Position numbers and translations under genes: made by a program | The notes under the pieces: model-generated | What the model saw: the letters and a program-made list of their open reading frames with translations, nothing else | Told to the model about the DNA's origin: nothing | Database searches by the model: none | Source: Octopus vulgaris | Lineage: Eukaryota | Reading direction: 5' to 3' | Assembly (NCBI GenBank): GCA_951406725.2 | Contig: OX597835.1 | Span: 42,284,001 to 42,348,000 of the forward strand | DNA: 64,000 nucleotides | Shown: positions 51,806 through 64,000 of the stretch, piece by piece | How the letters are laid out: each line of letters opens with the position of its first letter | Position numbering within the stretch: the stretch's first letter is position 1

Positions 51806-51951
51806 TCTGAGAGACACCGAAATAGCAGTCAAACCCTGACTCTAAAAACCACCTTATCTGTCTTATCTTGTGGTGCGATATGAACATTTTAGGTGGTTTT
51901 AGAGTCAGGGTTTGACTGCTATTTCGGCATGGTGGTGTCTTTCAGATACCC
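51801..51951. repeat. Imperfect ~54-bp inverted repeat (hairpin)
   Basis: GGGTATCTGA...CCGAAATAGCAGTCAAACCCTGACTCTAAAA pairs with TTTTAGAGTCAGGGTTTGACTGCTATTTCGG...TCAGATACCC. Confidence 0.85.
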
Positions 51952-54900
51952 TTATTAATAGTTGTGAAAAATTATTACCTTTGTAGGGTATTTATTCCCA
52001 TGCTGGCCACTTGATAATATCGATATTATCCTTATTTATAAATTTATATATATATTTATATATTTATTTAAATAATAAGGGTGAAAAATTGAGTATTAAT
52101 TTGATTAATATCAATTTAAAACCAATGGCCTAGCACACACACACACACACACACACATATATAACCCATGCTGGCATGGGTTGTATGTGTGTGTGTGCAT
52201 TTGGTTGGGAAGCAAACTTCTTGATTATAGAAACATGCCTTCTTCGCCCCCCCCCCACCACCACCTACATACACTTGGTGTTGTTGTGTGGTCCTTCATG
52301 TTACCCCAAAACATTAAGTATTCCTTCGTCAGAGAGATTTAATTGGGTTTGGAAACGGTTGGTATTTTTTTTTTGTGTATTCTTTGTACTTCATAGATTG
52401 TGGAATATACCGAATTCTACTTGGTGAAATTATTGATTACTGGTTAATTAATTTTACCCTTTGTTTTTATTGATTGATATATATATATATACACACACAC
52501 ACACATATGTATATATATACAGGTTTGTGTGTGTGTGTATATATATACATATAATAATTATATATGTAATTATAACAAAGGATTGGCTATAAGCCTTTTG
52601 ACGTGCTAGAAATAGATGCTTATCGCCAATCCCTTGTTATAATTATGCATATAATTATCATAATATTTGTTGTATACATATTGTATGTGTACGTATATGA
52701 TCTGTATACATATTGTATGTATATATGTATAATCTGTATGTATGTTGCTCTGTGTGTGAGTTTATATAAATAGTATGTGTGTACATGTATTATGTTGTGT
52801 GTGTGTGTGACATAGGAATGTGACCTGTATGCATATATTGTGTGTGTGTGTGTGAATCTACTGAAACAATTGCTCTCAAATCCTGGCCGACATCAGTTTC
52901 CTCCTTTCCCTCCCGTTTATGAATGGTGAGAGATTCCTGTGTGATGACAGATGATGTTTTTGAATATATGGAGAGAGAGAGAGAGAGAGAAGGAAACAGG
53001 TGCTAATCCATAAACTGCTGTTTTTACTTATAATATTCAACAAAGCAGTGAGTTGGCAGAATCGGCAAAGAACACCTTATGGTATTTTTTCTGGCGGTGA
53101 GCTGGCAGAAATGTTAGCACGCAGGGCGAAATGCTTAGTGGTATTTCGTCTGCCTGCCGTTACATTCTGAGTTCAAATTCCGCCCTTTCAGGGTTGATAA
53201 ATTAAGTACCAGTTGAGTACTGGGGGCAATCTAATTGACTTTCCCCTTCCCCCCAAATTTCAGGCCTTGTGCCTATAGTAGAAAGGATTATTATTATTGG
53301 CAAGTACCAGTTACGCACTGGGGTTGATATAATTGACTTAATCTGTTTGTCTGTCCTTGTTTGTCGCCTCTGTGTTTTGCCCCTTGTGGGTAGTAAAGAA
53401 ATAGGTATTTTTTCTGACTCTTTACTCTGAGTTCCAATCCTGCCCAAGGTCAACTTTGCCTTTTATTCCTTTCCCTATCCCACCCCTCCCCAGGGCTGAT
53501 ACAATAAAGTACCACTCAAGTGGTGGGGGTGGGGGTTGATGGCATTACCTGAACCCTGCCCCTTCCTTCTTAAAATTTTCTGGTCCTGGACCTAAATCAA
53601 AAACAACTATGAAGAATGTGCAAGAGTGGGTGTTTGGTAAGAAGCTTACTTCCCAACCACATGGTTCTGGGTTCAGTCCCGCTGCATGGCACCTTGGGCA
53701 AGTGTCTTCTACTATAGCCTCGGGCCGACCAAAGCCTTGTGAGGGGATTTGGCAGATGGAAACTGAAAGAAGCCTGTCATGTATATGTACACACACACAC
53801 ACACACACACATCTGTATGTCTTTGTGCCTATATTTGTCCCTCACCACTGCTTGACAACTGGTGCTGATGTTATGTCCCTGTAACTTAGCAGTTTGGTAA
53901 AAGAGACTGATAGAATAAGTGCCAAACTTTGAAAAATAAAGTCAATATATAGATGGTGCAGGATTGGCTGTGTGGTAAGTAGCTTGCTTACCAACCACAT
54001 GGTTCCGGTGCCACCTTGAGCAAGTGTCTTCTACTATAGCCTCGGACCAACCAGAGCCTTGTGAGTGGATTTGGTAGATGGAAACTGAAAGAAGCCTGTC
54101 GTGTATATATATATACCATATGGTTGGTTACAAAGCAAATGTTTTGAGCACATGGCTGTGTGCGTTTAACAATGATGACTTCTAACATTGGTACAAGACT
54201 ACAAATGTTTGGAGAGAGAGAGAGAGAATGTGGTGGTGGTGGGACTTAGTCATTTATATCAGCTTTAGTATTTGACTGGTATTATATTTCATGAATCTTG
54301 AACAGAATTAAGGGCAAGTCAACCCAGGTGAGGTTTAAATTTAGATTGGAAAGCGATCAGAATTGCTAATCTTGTTCTCAGTTTCTGTCTGCTTCATTAA
54401 CATTCGAGACAGACATTCGTTAATACAATGAATGTCTAATGAATCGCAGACCAAAATTAATCAATTCCTGCTTTCTTCAGTTGAAATTTATTTTAAAATT
54501 ACATTTTAAACTATATTAGGTCCTTCAAGTGCTATTGGTGGATGTATACAGGTGTGGCTGTATGGTAAGAAGCTCACTTCCTAACCACATGGTTCTGGGT
54601 TCAGTCCCATTGTGTGGCACCTTGAGCAAGTGCTTTTTACTTTAGCCTTGGACCAACCAGAGCCTTGTGATTGGATTTGGTAGATGGAAACTGAAAGGAG
54701 CTTGTCATATATATGTATAAATATCTATGTGTGTCTTTCTGTCTGTATTTGTCTCCCATCACTGCCTGACAACCGGTGTTGGTGTGTTTACGTCCCTGTA
54801 ACCTAACAGTTCAGCAAGAGTGTCCTGGGGTCGATTTGCTTGACTAAACCCTTCAAGGCTGTGTATCAGCATGGCCACGGTCAAATGACTGAAACAAAAT

Positions 54901-56756
54901 ATAAAAGATATACACACGCATACATACACACACACACTAGTAATACACTGTTTGATGGTACAAGTGTAATATATAGAATGTGTGCACACTTACATGCAGG
55001 TGTGTATGTGGTGATTTGCTGTACTTGAGAAGACGTGTCAAGCTAAGCAAACTCGCTGTCTTCCACACAAACAGGCTTCTTGTCCTTTACAGATGATGGT
55101 GCCATTTAAGAAGCCCCCATGCCGGTGGGTGCTGTGTTAATGCACCATTGCTGGAACTGCATTAATGCACTCATGTCAGTGCTGCTAAATGCACCTGTGA
55201 TGGTGATGTGTAAAAAGCACCCAGCACACTCTGTAAAGTGGTTTGTGTTAAGGAGGGCATCCAGCTGTAGAAACCATGCCGCAACAGACAGATGGGGTCT
55301 AGACAGCTCCCTTCTTCTACCCAGCTCCATATCAAACTGTCCAACCCATGCCAGTATGGAGGGCAGATGTTAAACGATGATGGTGATGATGATGATGATG
55401 GTATGTGTGTATTTGCATGTTATTTCTATTAATATATTGTTTTTAAAGTTTATCATTTTAAAGGAAAACTGTTTAAAAGTTGGAAATTAACACTTGAATC
55501 CCAGAAGATTATATTTAACTTTTTTGTTACCATATTTCTACTGAAATGCACAGTTTTTATTAATTAACACATCCAATTTAACTTGGATGTGCTATTAACA
55601 TTAATGAGATATTTGCTTTACTGACTTAGTTAACAGGTGAACAATACAAAACACAGTGAACAGGTGAACAAAACCTTGCTAATACAGTTAATTAGTTCTT
55701 TAATATACATGATTAACAAGTGAACTATACCTTAATAAACATGTTTAACAGGTGAACAATATTTGAATAAATGTGGTTAACATATGAACAATGCTTTGAT
55801 AAACACATGTGCACAATACCTTAATAAACACAGCTAGCAGGAAAATACTACTTTAATGAGTGTGGTCAACAGGTGAACAAAACCTTTCTCACTCAGTGAA
55901 CAGGTGAATGAAGCCAAACAGTTTGTCCTGTTTGTTTCCAGTTGATTCATTAATTTATTTCCTTTGGTTAATTAATATCGAAGTCCTTCTTGTACTAATT
56001 ACCCAAATTTAGTGACAGTTTAATCAAGCCTATTACCTCTCCCTCACCATCACTACTGTTTACTGCTATTTGCTCAGCAGAGCGAGTTGTTATGGTAACA
56101 AATGGGGGATATTCATCAAGAGATTAGTTGAATAAATAATAACGAGAGCTTATAATTAAAACTTGGTTGATGTGTAGACTTGTATGGCAGGTGAGAAACT
56201 TGGGGTGGGGGTGAGGAATGAAATAGGTCTGCTTTCATGTAATGTTGTTGTTGTTGTTGTAAAGCCTCAGGTGATCCCTGATGGAATGGATCCACAGCAG
56301 GTAAATAAGACCTACATCTGATGTCTGTTGTTCCGAATATAATCCCAGCCTCCGTTTGGCTGAAGACCATTCTGCACTGAATGGTATGGAGTTGTATGGC
56401 TGTGGGGTTAGGGAGTTTGCTTCACAACCATGAGGTCTTGAGTTCAACCTCACTGTGTGGCATCATGGACCTCGGGCACATGACATCTACTGTGGTGTTG
56501 GGTTGACCAAAGCCTTGCGAGTGAATCTGGTGGATGGAAACTTGTAGGACGCCTGTTGTGTGTGTGTGTGCATATATATGTGTGTGTGTATATATCATGT
56601 CATCATTTAATGTCCATCTTCTATGTATGCATGAGTAGAGTGGTCAACAGGAGCCCGGCCAGGTAGAAAATGTACCCTAGGCTAGTGTCTGTTTAGGTGG
56701 GGATTTTATGGCTGAATGCTCATCCTAACACCAACCACTCCCCAGATACATGTATG

Positions 56757-56795
<39 letters not shown>

Positions 56796-56939
56796 CCACC
56801 CACACCCATGTATGTGTCTATGTATATATACACGTGTACATGTATATATACACGTGTGTATGTGTATATATATATATAATGTATATATATGTATGTATGT
56901 ATATATCTGTATATGTATGTATATATCTATGTATGTATG

Positions 56940-57018
<79 letters not shown>

Positions 57019-57762
57019 GTATATAAATACATACACACACAAAAATTGGTGCAGATTGGAGACAGGAAGAGGTTCCAGCTGTAAAACCCTACCTCAAGAT
57101 CAATTCCCATCCAATCCATGCTAGCATGGAACAAAGCTCCTGTGCTGGTGCCTTGTGAATTGGTTGGCATTAGGAAGGGCCTCCAGCTGTAGAAACCTTA
57201 CTAAAACAGACAATTGGCGCCTGGTGCAGCTCTTTGGCTAGTCAGCTCCTGTCAAACTATCCAACCCATGCCAGCATGAAAGATGGACATTAAATGATGA
57301 TGATGATGATGATAAACCAATTAGTAAATGGTTGTATAATATTCTGGAACAAACTGTGATGAGTTTTAAGAAACTACAAGACTGTTGTCTGGTTGATACC
57401 CAACCACACAGCACGGTCAACAGTTTGTTGCAGCAATACATTCGAGGCTGGATTAAAAGACAATTGATTCTCTTTGTGCAATCCAACCCTGCCCTCCCCT
57501 CTCTTGTGACCTTGACAGTGTCTAAATGACAATAAAGGTATAATGAGTGTTGTTTGTGAAATGGTTGATTAACAATTCAATTTTCTTCCCGATCAGCTCC
57601 CCCACCTCCCCAGGCTTGATTTCATGACTGTATTGACCCTTTTGGTATTAACCTTTGTGAGACTGCCCCTGGTTCTATGATATAAGTTTCCTGCACTCTC
57701 AACACAATTCTAAGCCAGAATCAGAGTGATTGACATCATGTGACTATGTTAGGCCTTTTCAT

Positions 57763-57996
57763 TTAACCCTTTTCGCACCAACCTACCTGAGACTGCCCCC
57801 CCCCCCCCGTTCCATGATATCAGCTTCTTGTTTTAAAGGGATCTAAATTTAAACCTTCCATCAAATTTTCCTGTTAATCCATGTTTCAAACCCCAGCTTC
57901 ATAAAGAGATTATTTTACTAAAGTCTTTATTATTTTCAGATTTAAGTGAAACACAACAAGTGTATTATAACAGAAATATGGTAACAAAAAGGTTAA
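57763..57996. mobile_element. Second TTAA-flanked MITE family
   Basis: TTAA-CCCTTTT ... AAAAAGG-TTAA; related copies near 13990-14205 and 21640-21862. Confidence 0.6.
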
Positions 57997-59010
57997 AGTA
58001 ATTGAAATTAAAACCTTATGTTCCAAGCAGTAGCTTGATAATGACAGTTATTTTAATAAATTCTTTGTTTTCAAAATTAAATGAAACAAAAGCAGTTTAT
58101 AAATCAACTGTTAGTGATGGAAACAGCCTTTGTAACGGATATTAACTTGCACATCCAACTTTTCTTGGATGTGCTGTTTTGAACACCAAAGACTGCAGAA
58201 ATCCTCCTTAGAAACCACTTTGTAAAGAGCTAAATAGCACAGAATATATTTGCAGATGAAATTTTACCAGCACCAGTGAATGGGGCTGTTGTATTACATG
58301 TATTACAGCGTAATTTTTGCCTCATCAGCAGCAGATACCCAATCACGGAATGCCAGACTGCAATCTCTTGAAACCAATATAGTTTAACACTGACTAATCA
58401 GCCAGTGATGTTGCACAAAACTGGCAGACTGTGTATAAATTAGCCATTAGCGACAGAAGCATCATTTGTAATGAATATTAATTAGAACATCCAACTTAAC
58501 TTGGATGTGTTGTTTCCAACATTGTAGACTGCAGTAATCATCTTGAGAAATCGTCTCTAAGAGAAGGTGCTGACAAGATTCCGTCAACCGATATATCTGT
58601 GCTTTTAATAGCATCTAATGTCTTTACGCAAAGATTTCTCCAAACTATCACTGTAGTCTACAGCATTCAAAATAGCACATCCAAGTTAAATTGGATGTGT
58701 TAATTAATAAAAACTGTGCATTTCAGCAGAAATATGGCAACAAAAACGTTAAATCTAATCTTCTGGGATTCATAAACTAAGCACTATTCTATCTTTATTC
58801 ATCACTTTCCATTCCATGCTCCCTCCAAGACAATTCTTGTAACAAATCAGTGTTTTTTTTTCCTTTTTATGAAACGAAATGGATAAGAATAACTTGATTA
58901 ATCTCTAACTTGATGAAGAATCAATCGCATTTATGAACCAAGAATAACTCTGTTTGACTACTCAAAAATAATGAATTATCAATGGATTTGGTTTACCATT
59001 GGGTGTGTGC

Positions 59011-59068
<58 letters not shown>

Positions 59069-59315
59069 GTGTATGAGGCTAATTATGTGAATTTGTATAT
59101 GGTATGTGTGTGTGAAGCACCAAAGGATGTGTGTGTATATAAAGGTATTTCTTTGTACACACATATGGTGTATGGGTTGGAGTTTGGCACCAATGAACAT
59201 ATGGTATGTGAGGGTGTGTGTGTGTGTATAATATGTAGGCATTTTTGTGTCCATATATGGTGTGTTGGTGGGAGTTTGATCCCCAGAGATACCTGGACAT
59301 GTGGATATCTGTATG

Positions 59316-59355
<40 letters not shown>

Positions 59356-59358
59356 CAT

Positions 59359-59395
<37 letters not shown>

Positions 59396-59396
59396 C

Positions 59397-59433
<37 letters not shown>

Positions 59434-59440
59434 CATACAT

Positions 59441-59480
<40 letters not shown>

Positions 59481-59482
59481 AT

Positions 59483-59513
<31 letters not shown>

Positions 59514-61385
59514 CATATATATATGTGGTGTATGGGTGTTTGTTTAGAAGTCAGTGGCTTACCCGAGTTGTTTAGTCCCAGGTCGGTACTAGTCTAATAG
59601 ACTTATGATGAAAGACATTCTAGCCATGGCAATTGTTGGTTTTTGTTTTTTTTGTCATATGTGATGGGAACTCAGGAATACATAAATCCCAATGTGTTCT
59701 TTTTTAAGATGGCAGGGCAAGATATGAGAAAAATTTGGCTGCTATTTCTAGCGGGTTCAATAACTATAAAGAGGTTCCGTCTACGTGATGACTGGCCTGT
59801 CATTTGTATGTATATGTGGTGGGTGGGTGGGGTGGTAATAATAATTACTCAGACATTTCTCACTACACTAGACCCCCCCCCTTCTCAGTCTATATATATC
59901 TTCAACTATAAATATTATATCATTGGGAGATCTTGCTAAATATATCTTTCCACATTGATTAAATGGCCACAACTGAGGAAACTTTATACCTTCTGGTCAG
60001 CCGAGTTAATTTATTTCTCAGCCAAATTACTAAGCACTTTTCTTAATATCATCATCGTTGTTGTCATCATTATCATCGTCATCTAATCTCTTTACTCTTC
60101 TACATTTTTACTTGTTTCAGTCATTTGACTTTGGCCATGCTGGAGCATCGCCTTTAGTCGAGCAAATCGACCCCAGGACTTATTCTTTGTAAGCCTAGTA
60201 CTTATTCTATCGGTCTCTTTTGCCGAACTGCTAAGTTATGGGGACGTAAACACATAAGCATCGGTTGTCAAGCGATGTTGGGGGGGGACAGACACACACA
60301 CACATACATACATATATACGACGGGCTTCTTTCAGTTTCCGTCTACCAAATCCACTCATAAGGCTTTGGTCGGCCCGAAGCTATAGTAGAAGACACTTGC
60401 CCAAGGTGCCATGCAGTGGGATTGAACCCGGAACCATGTGGTTGGTAAGCAAGCTACTTACCATTCAGCCAGTTTAATTTTTTATGCTCATGTGGGTCAG
60501 ATTGAATTCGTTGAGGCAGATCTTCTATAGTTGGATGCCTGTCATTGTTGCCAACCAAGGTACTGTTTCCCCATGGAAGACTGGAAATGAACAACCCCTC
60601 TTTTATGACAATGATGCATATTTACAACCATTGTATGACATCAAGAAAAGGGTTCACATAAACAGGCATTCCTTTGTATGTTGGGCTTCTTTCAGTTTCC
60701 ATCTACAGAATCCACTTGCAATAGTTAGGTTGGTCGAGGGCTTTAATAGAATACCCTTTCCCCCAAATGCCATCCAGTAGGGCTGATTAGATTGCACCCA
60801 CAGTTCTTATCTTTTATCCCTGGTATTTATTCTGTTGGTCCCTTTTGCAGAGCCATTCAGTTGTCGGGTACTTGGGGACCTCACTGGTGTCGGTGCCACG
60901 TAAAAGAAAAAATCACCGAGTACCATTCTTTTAAGCTGTTGGAGTTAGGATGGATGTGAAGCTGTAGAAACCTTGCCCAAGCCGACAGGGAACCTGACAG
61001 AGCCCTCTGGCTCGTCTCTGTTTGTCGAACAATCCAACCCATGCCAGCATGGAATAAAGCACATTGAATCATGATGATTTCAAATTTTGGCACAAAGCCA
61101 GCAAGGTTTTTGTGGTAATGAAATTAGTCAATTACATCAACTCCAGTTTCACAACTGGTACTTATTTTATCGAATCGACCCTGAAAGGATGAGAGGCTCA
61201 GCTGACCTTGATGGGATTTGAACTTGGAATACCACAGGGAATGGGACATAAAACCAAAAATAAAATTCATTTTTCTAATGAGAAAGTTAATTAATTAAAA
61301 TTTTTTTTATAGATTGTTTTGTAGATTTAAAGTGTAATTCATATTTATTCTGATTTTTTTTTTCTCTTTCTTTGTCCATTTTTAG

Positions 61386-61545
61386 CCAGAACAAACTAGA
61401 TGAAGCCCTGCTGACGTCTGGCCGCGTCTCTGATGCCCTAAATTCACTGCAGGAATGGCTGAGTAAAGCGGAAGCGATGCTGTCTAAAGACGAATGCATT
61501 CTTGGAGATTACGACACTGTAAATCTATTAATAGAACAACATAAG
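61386..61545 (+). CDS. MACF1: Spectraplakin exon 16
   Basis: catttttAG|C ... AAG|GTTTGT; 160 nt, phase 2-0; QNKLDEALLTSGRVSDALNSLQEWLSKAE...GDYDTVNLLIEQHK resembles recalled MACF1 [25 protein letters not shown]...GDLDLVMNLMDAHK. Confidence 0.95.
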
Positions 61546-61806
61546 GTTTGTTTATTTACTTCGCATGTAATAATTGTGACTCCGGAGTCACCAGTGAACT
61601 GTGCCTCAGTATATTTACCTGATTACTGTACTTCATTTTACTTCCCAGAAAATTAAATAAAGGACCTCTGTTTGAAAAAACAACCCATATCAAGAATTCA
61701 TGCTTTGGTTCACTTTTCCGTTTTTCCATGCTGTTTTAACAGTGATACTGCTTTTGAAATATCACTTTCTTGTCTGTATTGTATGAGACATGTTCAACAC
61801 ATGGTT

Positions 61807-61878
<72 letters not shown>

Positions 61879-62569
61879 AACTGTCCTGTTTGTGTTACCA
61901 ATTTTGACCCTCTGCAAAATCCCAAATTTTATTTAATTTGCTTTGCAGAAGCAACAGTTTTATTGAAAGCGAATATTATTGTTGAATGCTCGAAATACGA
62001 GACTAGAAAAACAGCCAACAACTGACGAAGGGTCGTTCTTTATGTTGTTTGTCTTGTTTTCCATTTGTATCTTTTATTGTTAGAAAAAATAGTTCATATT
62101 TTATGTACTCGTATTTCCTATTTTTTTTGTTGCACCCATTTCATGAAGTGCCCACTTATGCATATATATATATATTATTATATATATTACTGAAGCATTG
62201 TATTACAACCGGATGCTCTTCCTATCATCAACCTTTAAGTAAAGGCTATTTCAAGCAACATGTCTCTTATTCTGTGTCTTTGAGAGCCCAAAGCCAACAG
62301 CTGATTTGTTGACAAGGAAATGACAACAACCACTGGCCTACTGATGTTATCATTTGTAGGTCAGAGATTTTTTTTTTGGGGTGGGGGACAAATGAAAAGG
62401 TCAACAGTTACTCAGGCACATATATTCGAAACCATAATCGATCTGTATGTTGGACAAATTGCTCAACTTGCTCCCCGCTTTCTTTCGAACAACTTGATGT
62501 AGTTAACAATTATTTAAAAATTTTTTTTAAAAACCCATATTTCTGTAGTAATTAAATATCCATTTTCAG

Positions 62570-62731
62570 TCAGTGCAACAAGAACTCGAAGCTCGGGAAC
62601 AAACTTTGGAAGCCTTGAAGTCTGCTGGAAGCATCCCTGAACAACACATTGAGGATCTGGTATTTTTATGGAAACGGATTAATTTATTGAGTGAAAGTCG
62701 AGAGGCTCGTTTAAAGGAGGCATTAACTTTG
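62570..62731 (+). CDS. MACF1: Spectraplakin exon 17
   Basis: cattttcAG|TCA ... TTG|GTAAAT; 162 nt; SVQQELEAREQTLEALKSAG...WKRINLLSESREARLKEALTL. Confidence 0.9.
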
Positions 62732-63062
62732 GTAAATATCATTTCTTAATTTGATAAACACTATAATTCCATTTCTGTGATTGTCTGTTTTCCTGACAAT
62801 CACAGTAAAGACTTTTAGCTGTTTTTGTAGTTTGGTTGTTTGTTATTGAAACACTGACAGGTCATTTAATTAGCTAAATACACAACTGGAAATATTTGTT
62901 ATAAGCTTAACTGTCTATATATAACTTGTATACAGTTATAACTGTAAGCATAGTTTCTTATTTATTACATAAGAACATTTATTTTTACGGAGATGTACTT
63001 GCATAGCAAGTGATTTGATCTGAGATCGTGTGCTGAAACGAAAACAATTGCAGCCTGGAAGG

Positions 63063-63310
63063 TGTTTGTAAGCCATTTAAGAAACACACAAAAGCCGTTC
63101 GATTCACTTCAACATTTAAGTTTAATTTGTCAAAATATTTTCGTTGCTTTGAGACCGCAACCTGTTCCCTGACAAAACTTCGTGATGCAGCATGGATTTT
63201 TATCAGTGAACAGGTCGCGGATTTTAGTGACGAAAATATTTTGACAAATTAAACTTAAATGTTGAAGTGAATCAAACGGCTTTTGTGTGTTTCTTAAATG
63301 GCTTACAAAC
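63063..63310. mobile_element. Palindromic MITE-like element
   Basis: Arms of about 81 bp (63063..63143 and 63230..63310) are near-perfect reverse complements. Confidence 0.75.
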
Positions 63311-63795
63311 ATTTATTTTACTCAATTTAAATCTAATTTTGCAAGTAATTATCTTCAAAACTAAATATTTGTCACCCTTGCATTTTCCATGAGTATCCAG
63401 TAGTTGACTGGGTACGATACCAATGGATTTCTTGCTAATCATTTCTCTGCTGGAGGTAAAATGTAAATATTGTAAAGACAAACACCACAATACATACATA
63501 CACAGCACATGGCCTAGTGGTTAGGGTGTTGTACTCACAATTGTGAGATTGTGAGTTCAATTCCCCGACTGGGCATTGTTTTGGTTTCTTGAGCAAAGAA
63601 CTTCATTTCACATTGCTCTGTGCTCATTCTGATGTGGCACCCTGTTGCACCTGTACAGGTAATGTCGATCTGATGGAGGAAGTGAGCTTATCTCTACACA
63701 GACATTTGATCACCATAAACGAATCATCTGTGTGGTTGTTCGGTAAGAAATTGATGAACCCTCATACGTTGTCTAATGATGGAAGAGTCTATTAT

Positions 63796-63847
<52 letters not shown>

Positions 63848-64000
63848 TATATATAGCTCTCCAGCTCCTGTCAAACTGTTCAACCCATGCCAGATGAATG
63901 TTAAATGATGATGATGATGTATGTATATATCTATCACACACACACACACACACATGTGTATAAAGTTGCTCTCCTATAAGTTTCCATAAGTGAGAAAGAA

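Noticed and set aside
61386-61389. Tandem acceptors 4 nt downstream at exons 16 (tagCCAG) and 17 (cagTCAG)
   Set aside because: Their use would shift the frame of the main transcript, and nothing in the sequence suggests function.

Overview
AT-rich eukaryotic genomic DNA, most likely from an octopus (coleoid cephalopod), judged from its recurring tRNA-derived SINE families, RTE/CR1 LINE fragments and (TA)n/(CA)n microsatellites. The window lies entirely inside one + strand gene. Seventeen GT-AG exons (1968..62731, 2805 nt, about 935 aa, phase-consistent and stop-free when joined) encode consecutive spectrin repeats of a spectraplakin (MACF1/dystonin/Short stop family); both ends of the gene lie outside the window. 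Nearly all other ORFs in the track are repeat artefacts. Main findings: (1) the 20-kb phase-2 intron holds a CpG-rich, promoter-like region with several ATG-initiated mini-exons ending in phase-2 donors, which suggests internal promoters making short C-terminal isoforms with variable N-termini; (2) a 9-nt frame-preserving microexon (EEQ) and a 51-nt cassette exon, both with neural-type splicing signals; (3) a near-perfect partial duplicate of exon 11 with its acceptor; (4) a minimal hammerhead-ribozyme-like motif inside an 81-bp perfect inverted repeat, plus long-range inverted repeats that could be ADAR substrates. Exon numbers are local to the window and all isoform claims are predictions from sequence alone.
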